Positions 10,476 to 21,165 of a stretch of 64,000 nt of DNA are shown here, piece after piece; position 1 is the stretch's first letter, and the number at the start of each line of letters is the position of its first letter. The stretch spans positions 38,316-102,315 of the forward strand of contig JBHLOC010000012.1 in assembly GCA_048940925.1 (NCBI GenBank), given 5' to 3'. Below the pieces are notes generated by a model. The model saw only the letters and a list, made by a program, of their open reading frames with translations. It was not told the DNA's origin and searched no databases. Position numbers and translations under genes: made by a program. Source of the DNA: Promethearchaeota archaeon. Lineage in GTDB: Archaea; Asgardarchaeota; Lokiarchaeia; Sigyniarchaeales; SOKP01.

Positions 10476-11339
10476 CTAACTTCCGATTACTATAAAAGTG
10501 ATTAATTCAATAAGGATTCCTATTTTTAATAATAATCCAATTATATTGAACATTTTTCTTTCAGATATACTTTTCAAAATTAAAACAGACGCCAATCCAA
10601 TAATAATAAGATCAACAACCATAAAAAAAAGATATAAAAGCGGGAATGCAATATTAGTGAAAATTGGAAGTATAAAAAAGGTAATTGCTAAAAATTGGAG
10701 AACTAGAGAAGATTTTAAACTATTATATATATCATCTCCTCTTTTGAAAATTACCTCTCTTTCAGCTTGATCTCTTTTTGGTAGATCTTTTATTAATTCA
10801 CGGGATAATTGTAGGAAAGAAGCTGTTAAAAAGAAGAAATACACGAATAACGGAATTAATCGGGTAATTAATAGTGCTCCATAAAGTATTCCTAGTGAAA
10901 ATACAAGACATCTAATTATCGACTTAATAAGATCACTATTTATTTTAATTTTGAAAGCATAATAACCTAAAAGAGCCCAGAGAATACCAAATGAGACAGC
11001 AAAAACTAAAATAAAAATATTAAGATGATAGATAGTCGAAGAGATTATTATACTAATAATCGCTAGCATAAGCCCAATAAGATATGTTACTCCAAATATT
11101 ATTTTTGCTTGTTTTATACTGAATCTATTATCAGAAGAAGGATTTTCTATTATTTGAAGTATTTTTATTATAATAATTCCCGATAAAGCTAAGAATAAAT
11201 AAGCAATAGGACCAAACATAACGCTTGCAGTAAAAATTTCAATACTAATGCCTTTTCGAGAGAGAAATATGCCAATAAAGACCATTATACTGCCCACTAT
11301 TGCTGGTTTAATTGACTTCAAATAATCTCTGAGATTCAA
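10476..11339 (-). CDS. Divergent UbiA-family prenyltransferase (DGGGP synthase-like)
   Basis: Multi-TM layout, YLKSIKP start, SRELIKD second motif; first Asp-rich motif missing. Confidence 0.6.
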   Translation of the reverse strand: MNLRDYLKSIKPAIVGSIMVFIGIFLSRKGISIEIFTASVMFGPIAYLFLALSGIIIIKILQIIENPSSDNRFSIKQAKIIFGVTYLIGLMLAIISIIISSTIYHLNIFILVFAVSFGILWALLGYYAFKIKINSDLIKSIIRCLVFSLGILYGALLITRLIPLFVYFFFLTASFLQLSRELIKDLPKRDQAEREVIFKRGDDIYNSLKSSLVLQFLAITFFILPIFTNIAFPLLYLFFMVVDLIIIGLASVLILKSISERKMFNIIGLLLKIGILIELITFIVIGS

Positions 11340-11357
11340 ACTATACCTCCTATCATT

Positions 11358-13694
11358 TTAATCATTATACATTCTTGTATAATTGTTAAAATTGAGCACT
11401 AATTTTTGATTTCCGAATTCGATGATTGCTGTTTTTGTACCAAAATCTTGATAACAGTAATCATTGCTAAAACGAGGATAAGGCCCCAAATCAATTTCTA
11501 TATTATTAACATACATTGGACTATACCAAGAAACACTAACTAGACCTTGAGATGGTGAATTATATTGTACATTATAACCAAGAACTTGAGGAATAATTTT
11601 TACTTGAGATTGTGAAATTTCTGATATAAATTGATTAAAGGATTTATATTCATCAACGCTACCTAACTCTATTATCCATACATTTTTATAACCATTTACT
11701 CGAAGTTCATAATTTGAAATCCATTCAGTTTTTTTATAGGAATATAAAGCAATATACCCATCTCCTCTGGCACCAAATGTCCATTTACCATGTTGTTCCC
11801 ACTCATCAAAAGCCCAGCGAGGGAAATATGCATGTTGGTAAAATTTATTTCCTGAAAAGAGGTTAAAAAAATAGAGAAGAATTTCTCCCTCTAAAGGAAG
11901 TGTTTCACGGTCATACTGAATGATTCCAATATTTTTATATAATGTAGCACGAGGATTCCATCCACCTACATATTCTTGTTCTAAATCCTTGGTGATACCT
12001 CCAGGAGAATTAGTATATACAAATGCATTATCATCTAAGGAAGCTTGCCAAATATGTTCCTGATAGCTATTCATTCCTTTTTGGTGATCCTGAGATCCAG
12101 AGAGCTGATAATAAGGAGTTCTATATGTATAAGTGTTTGAGGTTTCCAAACAAATGCCTTGGGTAATGAGTTTTAACTTCTCAGAATATTTTTTTAATGG
12201 AATCCCATGTAAAAAGGCAGATATTTCAAAAAAATCAGATACTATTTTTGGACCGTACATATTCTCTGACTTTATATTATATTTTTCGACGAGGGTAAAC
12301 ACATCATCTATAGTTTGAGGGGGTAAAACTGCCGACATACCTAACCAGAACATTAAATCTTCTTCATTGTACTCAATATCATATAAGGGACCTTCATCCA
12401 TACCAATATTATTTCTCTCTTTGTGTTCATTATATAAAGTTGCATTATTTGCAATATCTTCTAAAATAGGTGGAGGAGCATAGTGACCACTTGTAGCTAA
12501 AGCTACAGCGGCAAGATTATGATTATCATTAGGGTTGTGTTCTCCAATTCCAAGCATAATCCATGCTGATTCAGAGGTGCTATCTCTAGAAGCAGGTGAT
12601 AGAGCACTAGTTCCTAATTTTGTTCTATCATAGGCGCGACCATGAGTAGTAGCATATCTACCTTTAAAATAATTATTGGCAAAATCAAAAGCAATGATAT
12701 CCATTACCATAGCAGCTTTATATACAATCTCTGGATCTTCAGAAAAGTCGACTAAATTAACTAATGCGGCAATATCTTCTGTATAATACGTGTTTGAATG
12801 CCATTCTGCAAAACCAAATTGTGCACGCCAGTCAAGCCATCTTTTAATCAAGGGTATGGCATGATATACATGTTCAATACCAGTCATACCAGAATTTACA
12901 AAGGTATCATTAGGAAAAAGTTGTCCAATCAGCAATTCTGCTGTATGAAATAGAATTTGATGGTTTTCCGTATAAAAAATAATATCGTCTCTTCTTGGTT
13001 CTGTATACCAATATTTAGTTTTACCAAAGGCGTCAATAATTCTGTTTCTTATTGTTGGACTTAAAATATTCTTATTTATATCAAAATATATCAAACGTAA
13101 GAGAGAATTTAATCTAAAATCTAATGTATCCTTAAAATTTAAAATTTTATAAAGAGAATTATCAAAACTCTCCTCACTAACATTTAACTCTAGATACACA
13201 CGAGCAGCTTGTGCATATACGTCATTACTATTTATACTATCATTTAAATATAGTTCTTGTCGTTGCTTGAATCCACTTGTAGCATTAAATGTCTCAAATA
13301 AATTAAAAGTACGATTAAAATTAGTTCTCATTGAATATTTCCACTGTTCTTGACTAATCTTAGGATTTTGATAATTTTGTTTATGTATAAAGAATTGCGG
13401 TAGAATTAAGATAATAAATATAAAAAATAACTTGGGGAATTTTTTCTTTTTAGAATTTTGATGTGATTTTAGTTTATATATTTTGAAAAACAAATAGATT
13501 GCAAATAACAAAATTAGGATGTTATTGAATAAACTATTAGACGTTAGAGAATAAATTCCAAAAAGGAAAATTATAAGAAAGCCACCAATGCTGCTTGAAA
13601 TAATCAATCTCCAACATAAAATAACAACTAGTATGATAATAGTTGAACAAATCAAAATCATTACTGATTTTTTATTGGTGCTAAATTTCTCCAT
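11358..13694 (-). CDS. Membrane-anchored (alpha/alpha)-toroid plus beta-sandwich protein, heparinase II/III-like putative glycan lyase
   Basis: Three N-terminal TM segments; TENHQILFHTAELL, GFAEWHSNTYY and QEHIWQA motifs; located in the glycan cluster. Confidence 0.5.
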   Translation of the reverse strand: MEKFSTNKKSVMILICSTIIILVVILCWRLIISSSIGGFLIIFLFGIYSLTSNSLFNNILILLFAIYLFFKIYKLKSHQNSKKKKFPKLFFIFIILILPQFFIHKQNYQNPKISQEQWKYSMRTNFNRTFNLFETFNATSGFKQRQELYLNDSINSNDVYAQAARVYLELNVSEESFDNSLYKILNFKDTLDFRLNSLLRLIYFDINKNILSPTIRNRIIDAFGKTKYWYTEPRRDDIIFYTENHQILFHTAELLIGQLFPNDTFVNSGMTGIEHVYHAIPLIKRWLDWRAQFGFAEWHSNTYYTEDIAALVNLVDFSEDPEIVYKAAMVMDIIAFDFANNYFKGRYATTHGRAYDRTKLGTSALSPASRDSTSESAWIMLGIGEHNPNDNHNLAAVALATSGHYAPPPILEDIANNATLYNEHKERNNIGMDEGPLYDIEYNEEDLMFWLGMSAVLPPQTIDDVFTLVEKYNIKSENMYGPKIVSDFFEISAFLHGIPLKKYSEKLKLITQGICLETSNTYTYRTPYYQLSGSQDHQKGMNSYQEHIWQASLDDNAFVYTNSPGGITKDLEQEYVGGWNPRATLYKNIGIIQYDRETLPLEGEILLYFFNLFSGNKFYQHAYFPRWAFDEWEQHGKWTFGARGDGYIALYSYKKTEWISNYELRVNGYKNVWIIELGSVDEYKSFNQFISEISQSQVKIIPQVLGYNVQYNSPSQGLVSVSWYSPMYVNNIEIDLGPYPRFSNDYCYQDFGTKTAIIEFGNQKLVLNFNNYTRMYND

Positions 13695-14046
13695 TATCCC
13701 TAATGAATATTTACTACTATTTAAAAACAGGTCCTTTCAGGGATTTTGACAAGAAAGTTAATATATTAAGATATTAAGACTAAAAGAATAAAAAATTACA
13801 AATAAAAATAGAATAAAAAAAGAATAAATAAAATAATTTATCTGGTTAAAGCTCGAAAGACTTGATTCATACCAGTATTGACCAATGCATATTTTATATT
13901 TTTTCTCATTTTTTTAACCTTTTTTTTTGGTTGTTTATTAATTATAATTTAGATTCAATTACATATATAGTTCTTGATTCATAACTCTCTGAAAAGTTCG
14001 AACCATTAGAAAAGTCTTTCATAATAATAAAAATTAGATAAAAAAG

Positions 14047-15417
14047 CTATTGGTATTGAGGGTCTCTTGAAACACAACCTACATTATTCCCTAATTTCAT
14101 AAGTTCAGAACATTTTGAACAGGATATACAAACTTGATTCTTATCAATAAATCCTTCTTGAAAAATTTGTTTTGGAAAGTTAGGATTTGCTAAAGCCATT
14201 CTGCCAAATCCACAAATATCAACATTATTTTCATGAATTAATCCTGCAGTGACATTACTTGCAAATTGACGTAAATAAGAATAGCCTGAGCCAATTATTT
14301 TCATATCTTCTGGTATGTGTTGTTTAATGAAAGATGTAAACCTAATGAGCCTGTTTACTCCATATAGGGGATGTTCATTTGGTAGATTTCCTCCTTCTGT
14401 AGGTGTATCAAATGGTCTTGTAATGTGAGGTTTATAATGTGGATTACCAGCGGTAATGTTAATCAATCTTATACCTAGGTTATAAAGTCTTTTGATTAAT
14501 TCCAATGGTTCAGTAAGATCGATTGATGCTGGAAAGACCTCATTTATAATATTTTTTACTCCAAATCCATTAGGATAAGGTATTCCATCATATAAGCTCA
14601 TTCTTGTAGTTATTAAAAAATTTTTATCATTTCCAAACTCTTTTTTCAATTTGTAAATAATGTTAAGGAAAAACTTCGCTCTATTATCTAAAGATTCACC
14701 TCCATATCTAGAATTAACACGCATTCTTGAACAGAATAGTTCGTGAATTAAATAGCCATGACAGGACTTAATATCTACTCCATCAAAACCTACTTCTTTT
14801 GCTAAAAGAGCCTTTTGAACCCAATTATCTTCTAAACTTTCCAATTCATTGTCTGTTATTATAATACCATCTTTTATTGAAAGACCTCTTGAATCATCTA
14901 ATTCAGAATTATGATAAGCACGAATTGGATATTTTTTACCATCTCTGACACTATATCTTCCCGAATGATTTAATTGTAATATTAATACACACTTATGTTT
15001 GAATCCTAACTCCTCTAAAGTATTGTTGCAAATTTCCCGTGTATTTGACACTAAATCTACAAACTGTTTATAATTTTCCCTGGAGAGCATTAATTGATGA
15101 GGACTTGAGCGGCAATCTTTATTAATCGCAGTGGCTTCAAACCAAATTAAACTAGCACCACCTTTTGCATACCTTTCATACCGCCTATAAGTTAAATCTC
15201 CCGGCGAGCCATCTAGATTTGCATCAAATCCTTCCATCGGTTGTATTGATAACCTGTGTGGAATTGTCCTATTATTAACTTTTATATTTTGCTTTAAAAT
15301 TTCTAAATCATTACTTATTGGAATTTCTAATCCTAATTCATGAATTTTAATCTCTAAATCTCTTAGAGTTTTATACTTAAAGGACTCAAATTGCATATAC
15401 TTAGGATTTGAATTCAT
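14047..15417 (-). CDS. NADH:flavin oxidoreductase (Old Yellow Enzyme family)
   Basis: QPMEG, QLNHSGR, GFDGVDIKSCHGYL, GFGR, C-terminal CISCSKC. Confidence 0.9.
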   Translation of the reverse strand: MNSNPKYMQFESFKYKTLRDLEIKIHELGLEIPISNDLEILKQNIKVNNRTIPHRLSIQPMEGFDANLDGSPGDLTYRRYERYAKGGASLIWFEATAINKDCRSSPHQLMLSRENYKQFVDLVSNTREICNNTLEELGFKHKCVLILQLNHSGRYSVRDGKKYPIRAYHNSELDDSRGLSIKDGIIITDNELESLEDNWVQKALLAKEVGFDGVDIKSCHGYLIHELFCSRMRVNSRYGGESLDNRAKFFLNIIYKLKKEFGNDKNFLITTRMSLYDGIPYPNGFGVKNIINEVFPASIDLTEPLELIKRLYNLGIRLINITAGNPHYKPHITRPFDTPTEGGNLPNEHPLYGVNRLIRFTSFIKQHIPEDMKIIGSGYSYLRQFASNVTAGLIHENNVDICGFGRMALANPNFPKQIFQEGFIDKNQVCISCSKCSELMKLGNNVGCVSRDPQYQ

Positions 15418-15475
15418 TAGTTTATATTTAGATATTCCTTAATAAAGAACTTTTCATTTTTTCTTATGATGATTT

Positions 15476-16108
15476 ATGAGGAAAAAGAAGATTTTACTAT
15501 GTCAAAGAGGTAGATATTTTTTTAGTGGTAAGACATATTCCTATTTCCAAGACATTTTGAGTGATTATATCGTTGATAATTATGAAGATGTCGAGATCTT
15601 TGATAATAGAGAATTTTTTGAATATGATACAACTATCTTTTTTACGCAATCCGGTGAATTTTCTGTAGCACAAGAAAAAAATGTGTTAGATTTTATTGCT
15701 AGTGGAAAAGGATTTATAGGATTACATGGTGCTTCAGCTTCTTTTAAAGAGCATCCCAAATATTATGAAATGATTGGAGGACGATTTATTGGGCATAAAA
15801 AGAAGTGTAATATTGAAATAAAAATTTTAGATAAAGAACACCCTATCACAGCAAATTTTGACGATTTCAATTTTTTTGACGAGCCGTATCGACATGATTT
15901 TTCTATGAAAGGTGATATGAAGGTTTTAGCAGAAGCCTATTATCATGATGAAGAAGATCCTGATCCTGAACCGATTATTTGGGTAAAAACCTATGGTGAA
16001 GGGAGAGTTGCATTTTGTGCTTTAGGTCACCAAGTCAAATCTTTAAAAAATGAAATCTTTCGTAAAATCATAAGAAACTCTGTAAAATGGGTATTAGAAG
16101 GACAATAA
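15476..16108 (+). CDS. ThuA-like domain protein
   Basis: GKGFIGLHGAS, HPIT, DEPY, YGEGRVAFCALGH. Confidence 0.9.
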   Translation: MRKKKILLCQRGRYFFSGKTYSYFQDILSDYIVDNYEDVEIFDNREFFEYDTTIFFTQSGEFSVAQEKNVLDFIASGKGFIGLHGASASFKEHPKYYEMIGGRFIGHKKKCNIEIKILDKEHPITANFDDFNFFDEPYRHDFSMKGDMKVLAEAYYHDEEDPDPEPIIWVKTYGEGRVAFCALGHQVKSLKNEIFRKIIRNSVKWVLEGQ

Positions 16109-16123
16109 GATTGGTGAAGTGAA

Positions 16124-17149
16124 ACGAAAACTAATAAAGTCGTAAAAGTAGGGATAATTGGTTGCGGTGGGATCGCAAGGAAGTATAAATTTGCATCTAG
16201 AATAATAAAAAACACTAAAATCGTTGCTGCTGCAGATTTAAACATTAACAGAGCAATTAAAATAGCTGGAAAAAAAAATGCGTGTATTGATATTGAAGAA
16301 ATATATAGAAATGAGGATATAGATGCAGTTTATATATCTACACCTCATCATCTCCATAAACCTATGATAAAACAAGCTTTCGAACATGGAAAGCATGTTC
16401 TATGTGAAAAACCCGTAGGAGTTTCAGTAGATGATGCTAGAAAAATTAGAGATTTAGATCTTCAATATTCTGATTTAAAATTAGGATTCAATTATAATTA
16501 TAGATATGATCATAATTGTTATCGTTTAGTTAAAGCTATACAAGGAGGATATTTAGAAGAAGTATATTATGCTAATTGTAATATATTTTTCAGCAGAGAT
16601 GAATCTTATTTTGAAAAAGGACCTTGGAGAATAAAAAAAGAAACCGCTGGTGGAGGAACCCTATTAACTCATGGATCACATATGGTTGATATTATGATAT
16701 GGGCTTTTGGTGAACCTAGATCAGTTATAGGTAAAATTGATAACATGAAGTTCAAAAATATAGAAGTAGAAGACTTTGCCTTAGGTATAATTGAATTTGA
16801 AAATGGAGTATATGCTCAAATCAATGACTCAACATTTGTTAAACCTCCATATGGTATGTTTAAAGAAAGAGTAGAGTTAGAAATTTTTGGAAAGAAAGGG
16901 AGATGCTACTATAAAGGGCCTTGGCCAAAATCCTCATTAACTTGGAAAGGTATTAAAAAATACAAAATTAAAAAAGATACAAAAGGATTTTCCCACTTTG
17001 GGAGATCAATAAAAGCATTTGGTGATTGGGTTCTAAACAATAAACCATACTTCAATACAATAGAAGAAAGCTCTAAAGCTCTAATTTTGATATCCGCTTT
17101 ATACAAATCTTCAGAAACAGGTAAAAAAGAGATAATAGAGAAATTATAG
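16124..17149 (+). CDS. Gfo/Idh/MocA oxidoreductase (extended 5' to an ACG codon)
   Basis: In-frame upstream of the ORF-track start: KVGIIGCGGIA and DAVYISTPHHLH; then CEKP and GGGTLLTHGSH. Confidence 0.88.
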   Translation, partial: TKTNKVVKVGIIGCGGIARKYKFASRIIKNTKIVAAADLNINRAIKIAGKKNACIDIEEIYRNEDIDAVYISTPHHLHKPMIKQAFEHGKHVLCEKPVGVSVDDARKIRDLDLQYSDLKLGFNYNYRYDHNCYRLVKAIQGGYLEEVYYANCNIFFSRDESYFEKGPWRIKKETAGGGTLLTHGSHMVDIMIWAFGEPRSVIGKIDNMKFKNIEVEDFALGIIEFENGVYAQINDSTFVKPPYGMFKERVELEIFGKKGRCYYKGPWPKSSLTWKGIKKYKIKKDTKGFSHFGRSIKAFGDWVLNNKPYFNTIEESSKALILISALYKSSETGKKEIIEKL

Positions 17150-17181
17150 AGAAATTAACAGGAGAAACTAAATTCTCTGCA

Positions 17182-19215
17182 TCATAAGGTGAACTGAGTA
17201 GTTAACAGATCTTTAGCTCGGGATGAACCACCCATGTAAAGGGTGTAATTTATATATTCAATTTCCCAAGATTTCGATTCTGGATTGTACCATGCTAGAT
17301 TTTTAATAGGGACTTCAATTTTTACAGTTTCAGTTTCATTTGGTTCCAAATGAACACGTGAAAATCCTTTTAATAATTTTAGAGGACGGTCGATTTGAGA
17401 TTCTTCAAATCCTATGTATAATTGAACCACCTCATCTCCTGCAACTTTTCCGGTATTCTTAATATCTACCGTAGCAATAACTTTTTCATCCTTAACTTCG
17501 ACTTGTAAATTACCATAACTAAATGTGGTATAGCTTAACCCAAAACCAAAAGCAAATGCTGGTTCCAAGCCCTCTTTTTCAAAAAGAGTATACCCATGAT
17601 AATATCCATACTCAATTTCATCTGCGTTTTTATCAAAAAAAGGTAAATGGTTAGGATCTTTTGGAATTGTAAAAGGAAGTTTTCCTCCTGGGTTGACATC
17701 TCCAAAAATTATCTTCGCCAAGGCGTTCCCCCCTTCCATACCCGAATACCAAGCCACTAAAATCGCAGGGACTTGATCTTTCCATTCTTCCATGATTATA
17801 GCGCTTCCTCCAATTAAAATAACAACACAATTTTGATTTTCACTAGCCACTAATTTAATTAATTCTATTTCATTATCATGTAAGGATAAATTCTCTCTAT
17901 CTCCACCAATTTTGAGTTCACGAATAAATTCTCCTTCATCCTTATGATCTAAACCTACGATTAAAATTGCCGCATCCACTTCTTTAGCTATAGATCTCAC
18001 ACTTTCTTTATCTGATCCTTCAATATACAGTATTTCAACTGAATCTCCTAAATAATTTTGAATGCCTTTTAATGGAATAATAACATATCTGGTTGTTACA
18101 TTACTACTACCGCGATCTCCAGTGTTTTTAATCGTTGCTAATCGTCCAAAAATCGCAATTTTGTTAATTTTATTTTTATTTAGTGGTAAAATATTTTCCT
18201 CATTTTTTAGTAATACCATACTCTTTTCTGCTGCTTCTAATGCAATCCTACAATGTTCTTCACATCCAATTATAGCAGACTCATAAGTTTGGGGATCTTC
18301 TTTTGTAACATAGTGGAGAATTGTTCGCATAATCCGTCCAACAGCTTCATCAATCATAGCTTGTGAAATTTTACCTTGCTGTAGTGCCTTTTTTACTCTT
18401 CTATATTTATAATATTTAGCTCGTGGCATTTCTACATCTAATCCCCCAGTTATTCCTCCTATAGTGCTTTTAACACCTCGCATCCAATCAGAATGAACAA
18501 ATCCCTGAAAGTTCCACTCACTTTTCAGTATATTTCGCAATAAATATTTATTATGTCCACAGTAATTACCACGAACTTTATTATAAGCAGTCATTATAGT
18601 TGCACACCCCTCCTCTACACAGCGTTTGAAGTGAGGAAGATATACTTCACGAAGTGTTCTTTCATCAATTTTTACATTTACTTTAAACCTAGCAGTTTCA
18701 ATACTATTTGCGGCAAAATGTTTGGCAGTGGCCATAACATTATGCTTTTGTACACCTCGAGTTAGTGAAGCACCAAATTCTCCTATAAGAAAAGGATCCT
18801 CTCCATATGTTTCTTGAGCCCTTCCCCACGAAGGATGACGCAAAAGGTTAATACACACTCCTCCAAAAAGATTACCTCCATGTGCTCGAACTTCTTTTCC
18901 AATTATGTCTCCTATTTTATGCTCCAAATTAACATCCCACGATGCCCCACGAGCTATTGATACCGGAAAACAAGTAGAACCTGGGATAACTACTCCTCGA
19001 GGTCCATCAGTAAATTTGAATGGAGGAATTTTGAATTTTTTTGAACCTGCCCCATCGTACACTCGTCTTCCTACTCCTCTATCTTTTAATACTTTTAGGA
19101 TTAGACCATTTCCTGTCATTTGATGTACCTTCTCTTTCAAACTCATATTGTTAAGGACATATTGAACAAAATTTTCAATTTCTTCCTCAGTTATACCTTT
19201 CTTTATTTCATACAT
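17182..19215 (-). CDS. GH3 beta-glucosidase
   Basis: DGPRG, GRAQETYGEDP, KHFAAN, SDW nucleophile, C-terminal Fn3-like domain. Confidence 0.95.
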   Translation of the reverse strand: MYEIKKGITEEEIENFVQYVLNNMSLKEKVHQMTGNGLILKVLKDRGVGRRVYDGAGSKKFKIPPFKFTDGPRGVVIPGSTCFPVSIARGASWDVNLEHKIGDIIGKEVRAHGGNLFGGVCINLLRHPSWGRAQETYGEDPFLIGEFGASLTRGVQKHNVMATAKHFAANSIETARFKVNVKIDERTLREVYLPHFKRCVEEGCATIMTAYNKVRGNYCGHNKYLLRNILKSEWNFQGFVHSDWMRGVKSTIGGITGGLDVEMPRAKYYKYRRVKKALQQGKISQAMIDEAVGRIMRTILHYVTKEDPQTYESAIIGCEEHCRIALEAAEKSMVLLKNEENILPLNKNKINKIAIFGRLATIKNTGDRGSSNVTTRYVIIPLKGIQNYLGDSVEILYIEGSDKESVRSIAKEVDAAILIVGLDHKDEGEFIRELKIGGDRENLSLHDNEIELIKLVASENQNCVVILIGGSAIIMEEWKDQVPAILVAWYSGMEGGNALAKIIFGDVNPGGKLPFTIPKDPNHLPFFDKNADEIEYGYYHGYTLFEKEGLEPAFAFGFGLSYTTFSYGNLQVEVKDEKVIATVDIKNTGKVAGDEVVQLYIGFEESQIDRPLKLLKGFSRVHLEPNETETVKIEVPIKNLAWYNPESKSWEIEYINYTLYMGGSSRAKDLLTTQFTL

Positions 19216-19361
19216 CTATGTAATCTACATTTAAGACAATAAATTCAGTTAAAGTTAATAAAATTAAAAATAGATTTAAAAAAAACTTTTTTTTCAAAAT
19301 TATATATTCTTTCCACATTTTTATGGCTTTCCCAGAGAGCTTTTCAATGTAAATGATTTTT

Positions 19362-21056
19362 TTATAGAGATATTCCAAGATCTGACAAACTAAGGAATAG
19401 AGATGGTATCATCCATGCAAAAAAGAATGTTAATCCCACTAGTGAAATAATTTTTGCTCGTTTGTTAAATTTATTTTCTTGCTCGGTATTCACAGATCCT
19501 CTTGCTATTAATAATGTAATTAAAGATAAAGGAGCAAATAGAAAACCGAACCAAGATAATTTATATGCTAATTTTGAATCTGACTTAATATCATGACGGA
19601 TCTCATTCTTCTCAATAACATTCAACCACTCGGCATTATAAAATGCCTCCTCTACATTTAGTTGTCCTGCTTGCCACCACTTCTTTTCTGATCTCCTAGC
19701 AGGAACGATTTGAGCAGCAATCGTACCCATACACCATTCTAAGCTTCCTGTGAATTTTACTTTTTCCCAGAGTAGCAAAATTACTTCCAACATCAGGAAA
19801 GTTATACCCATTGTAATAAATACTCCACCCCAATCCAGTAATTTATAAGGTTTACCATAAATTAATGTAGAAACGATATAATGTGACACAAAATATAACC
19901 ACTGAATATTATAAATTGTGAATGCAACGAACCCAAATCGTCGAATAAATCGTGTTTTATCAGCAAACTGCTTACCACGACCACGAAATTCCACCACACG
20001 CACTACAACCATGATAAGGCAAATAGCTGTTCCATTTAAAGCCATAAATTGAAATAGCCATCCATAGAGTATCACAGGGCTATTAATAGCTGGATTATTA
20101 GGAACCCAATCTCGATGAAAGGGTAGACCTTTATAAACATTCAAAGTTGCATCCAATCCAATCGCATCCATTAAAAGGATAAGTGTGACAATAAGACCGA
20201 CGACACCTACAAAAAACATCAAAAATCCATATTGCATTGTCTGTTTGGGAAACTTCCGCGGCACTTCTTCTCTTTGTTGAGCTAAACGGATGCCAATGAT
20301 ACTACCAATAAATGATACTGCTAAGTACGGAAAGATTGGTTCTTCCTTTCCCGCAAAAGCGTTAAAAAAGAAAAGTGTTATAAATTCCCACCATTCTGAT
20401 TTCCCTAAGTATGGGTATTGGACTGGAACCCCTGTTTTAGGATTTATAGCCCACGGATAGCCAGGTATTATCAAATCGACAAGCCACCACATTATTGGAG
20501 TAAGTAAGAGAACAATTCCTGCTAGTAGGAGATATATGTATATTAATTTTGAAGGATTCTTCCAACCACCTTTTCTTGAAAGGATACCTTGCACAATACC
20601 ATTTAGGATAATACACCATGCAATTGTGTGAATTGTTTCAAAATGATAACTGCGATAAAGTATTACTTGCCAATTCCACTCAGATGGGTTATTCAAAGTT
20701 TTCATGAGATTTGGGACCGCTCCATGAATTCCAAGTATACTCTCAGAAATCATGGCAAAAATTAATAATATGACTCCCCCTATAATCTGTCTTATCACTA
20801 AATCCTTAACACTCTTCCCTGCCTGAAGGTGTCGATACATACTTATCATATTTCCAATGGCTGAAACCATTAAGAAAAAGCCAGCTAGCCCTCCTAAGAA
20901 GGGCAATACTATAAATGCTACAATATTAGCTGTTGGGATATCATTAATTTTGGCGAGTAAACTATTGACATCTAAAACATGAAGGATAGTATGCAAAAAG
21001 ACCATTAGCACAATTGCTATACCACGTAAAAAATCAATACTGGCAAATCGTCTCAT
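19362..21056 (-). CDS. HGSNAT/DUF1624-like polytopic membrane acyltransferase
   Basis: RFASIDFLRGIAIVLMVFLH N-terminus, about 13 TM helices, PIFPY motif. Confidence 0.7.
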   Translation of the reverse strand: MRRFASIDFLRGIAIVLMVFLHTILHVLDVNSLLAKINDIPTANIVAFIVLPFLGGLAGFFLMVSAIGNMISMYRHLQAGKSVKDLVIRQIIGGVILLIFAMISESILGIHGAVPNLMKTLNNPSEWNWQVILYRSYHFETIHTIAWCIILNGIVQGILSRKGGWKNPSKLIYIYLLLAGIVLLLTPIMWWLVDLIIPGYPWAINPKTGVPVQYPYLGKSEWWEFITLFFFNAFAGKEEPIFPYLAVSFIGSIIGIRLAQQREEVPRKFPKQTMQYGFLMFFVGVVGLIVTLILLMDAIGLDATLNVYKGLPFHRDWVPNNPAINSPVILYGWLFQFMALNGTAICLIMVVVRVVEFRGRGKQFADKTRFIRRFGFVAFTIYNIQWLYFVSHYIVSTLIYGKPYKLLDWGGVFITMGITFLMLEVILLLWEKVKFTGSLEWCMGTIAAQIVPARRSEKKWWQAGQLNVEEAFYNAEWLNVIEKNEIRHDIKSDSKLAYKLSWFGFLFAPLSLITLLIARGSVNTEQENKFNKRAKIISLVGLTFFFAWMIPSLFLSLSDLGISL

Positions 21057-21165
21057 TCTAGATCATTCAATAATTTTTATTTTAATATAGTATGATAGAT
21101 ACTTTCTAATATTTATTCTTTTAAATACAATAACAATTTTAATACAGCTAAATAAATAATATGTT

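Noticed and set aside
13775-13840. A-rich quasi-repeat (AAAAAGAATA)
   Set aside because: Low-complexity tract, likely an oligo-T terminator region on the minus strand
16115-16117. Selenocysteine readthrough of the TGA upstream of the Gfo/Idh/MocA domain
   Set aside because: The TGA is part of the GGTGA RBS and precedes the domain; it is not at a Cys-equivalent site
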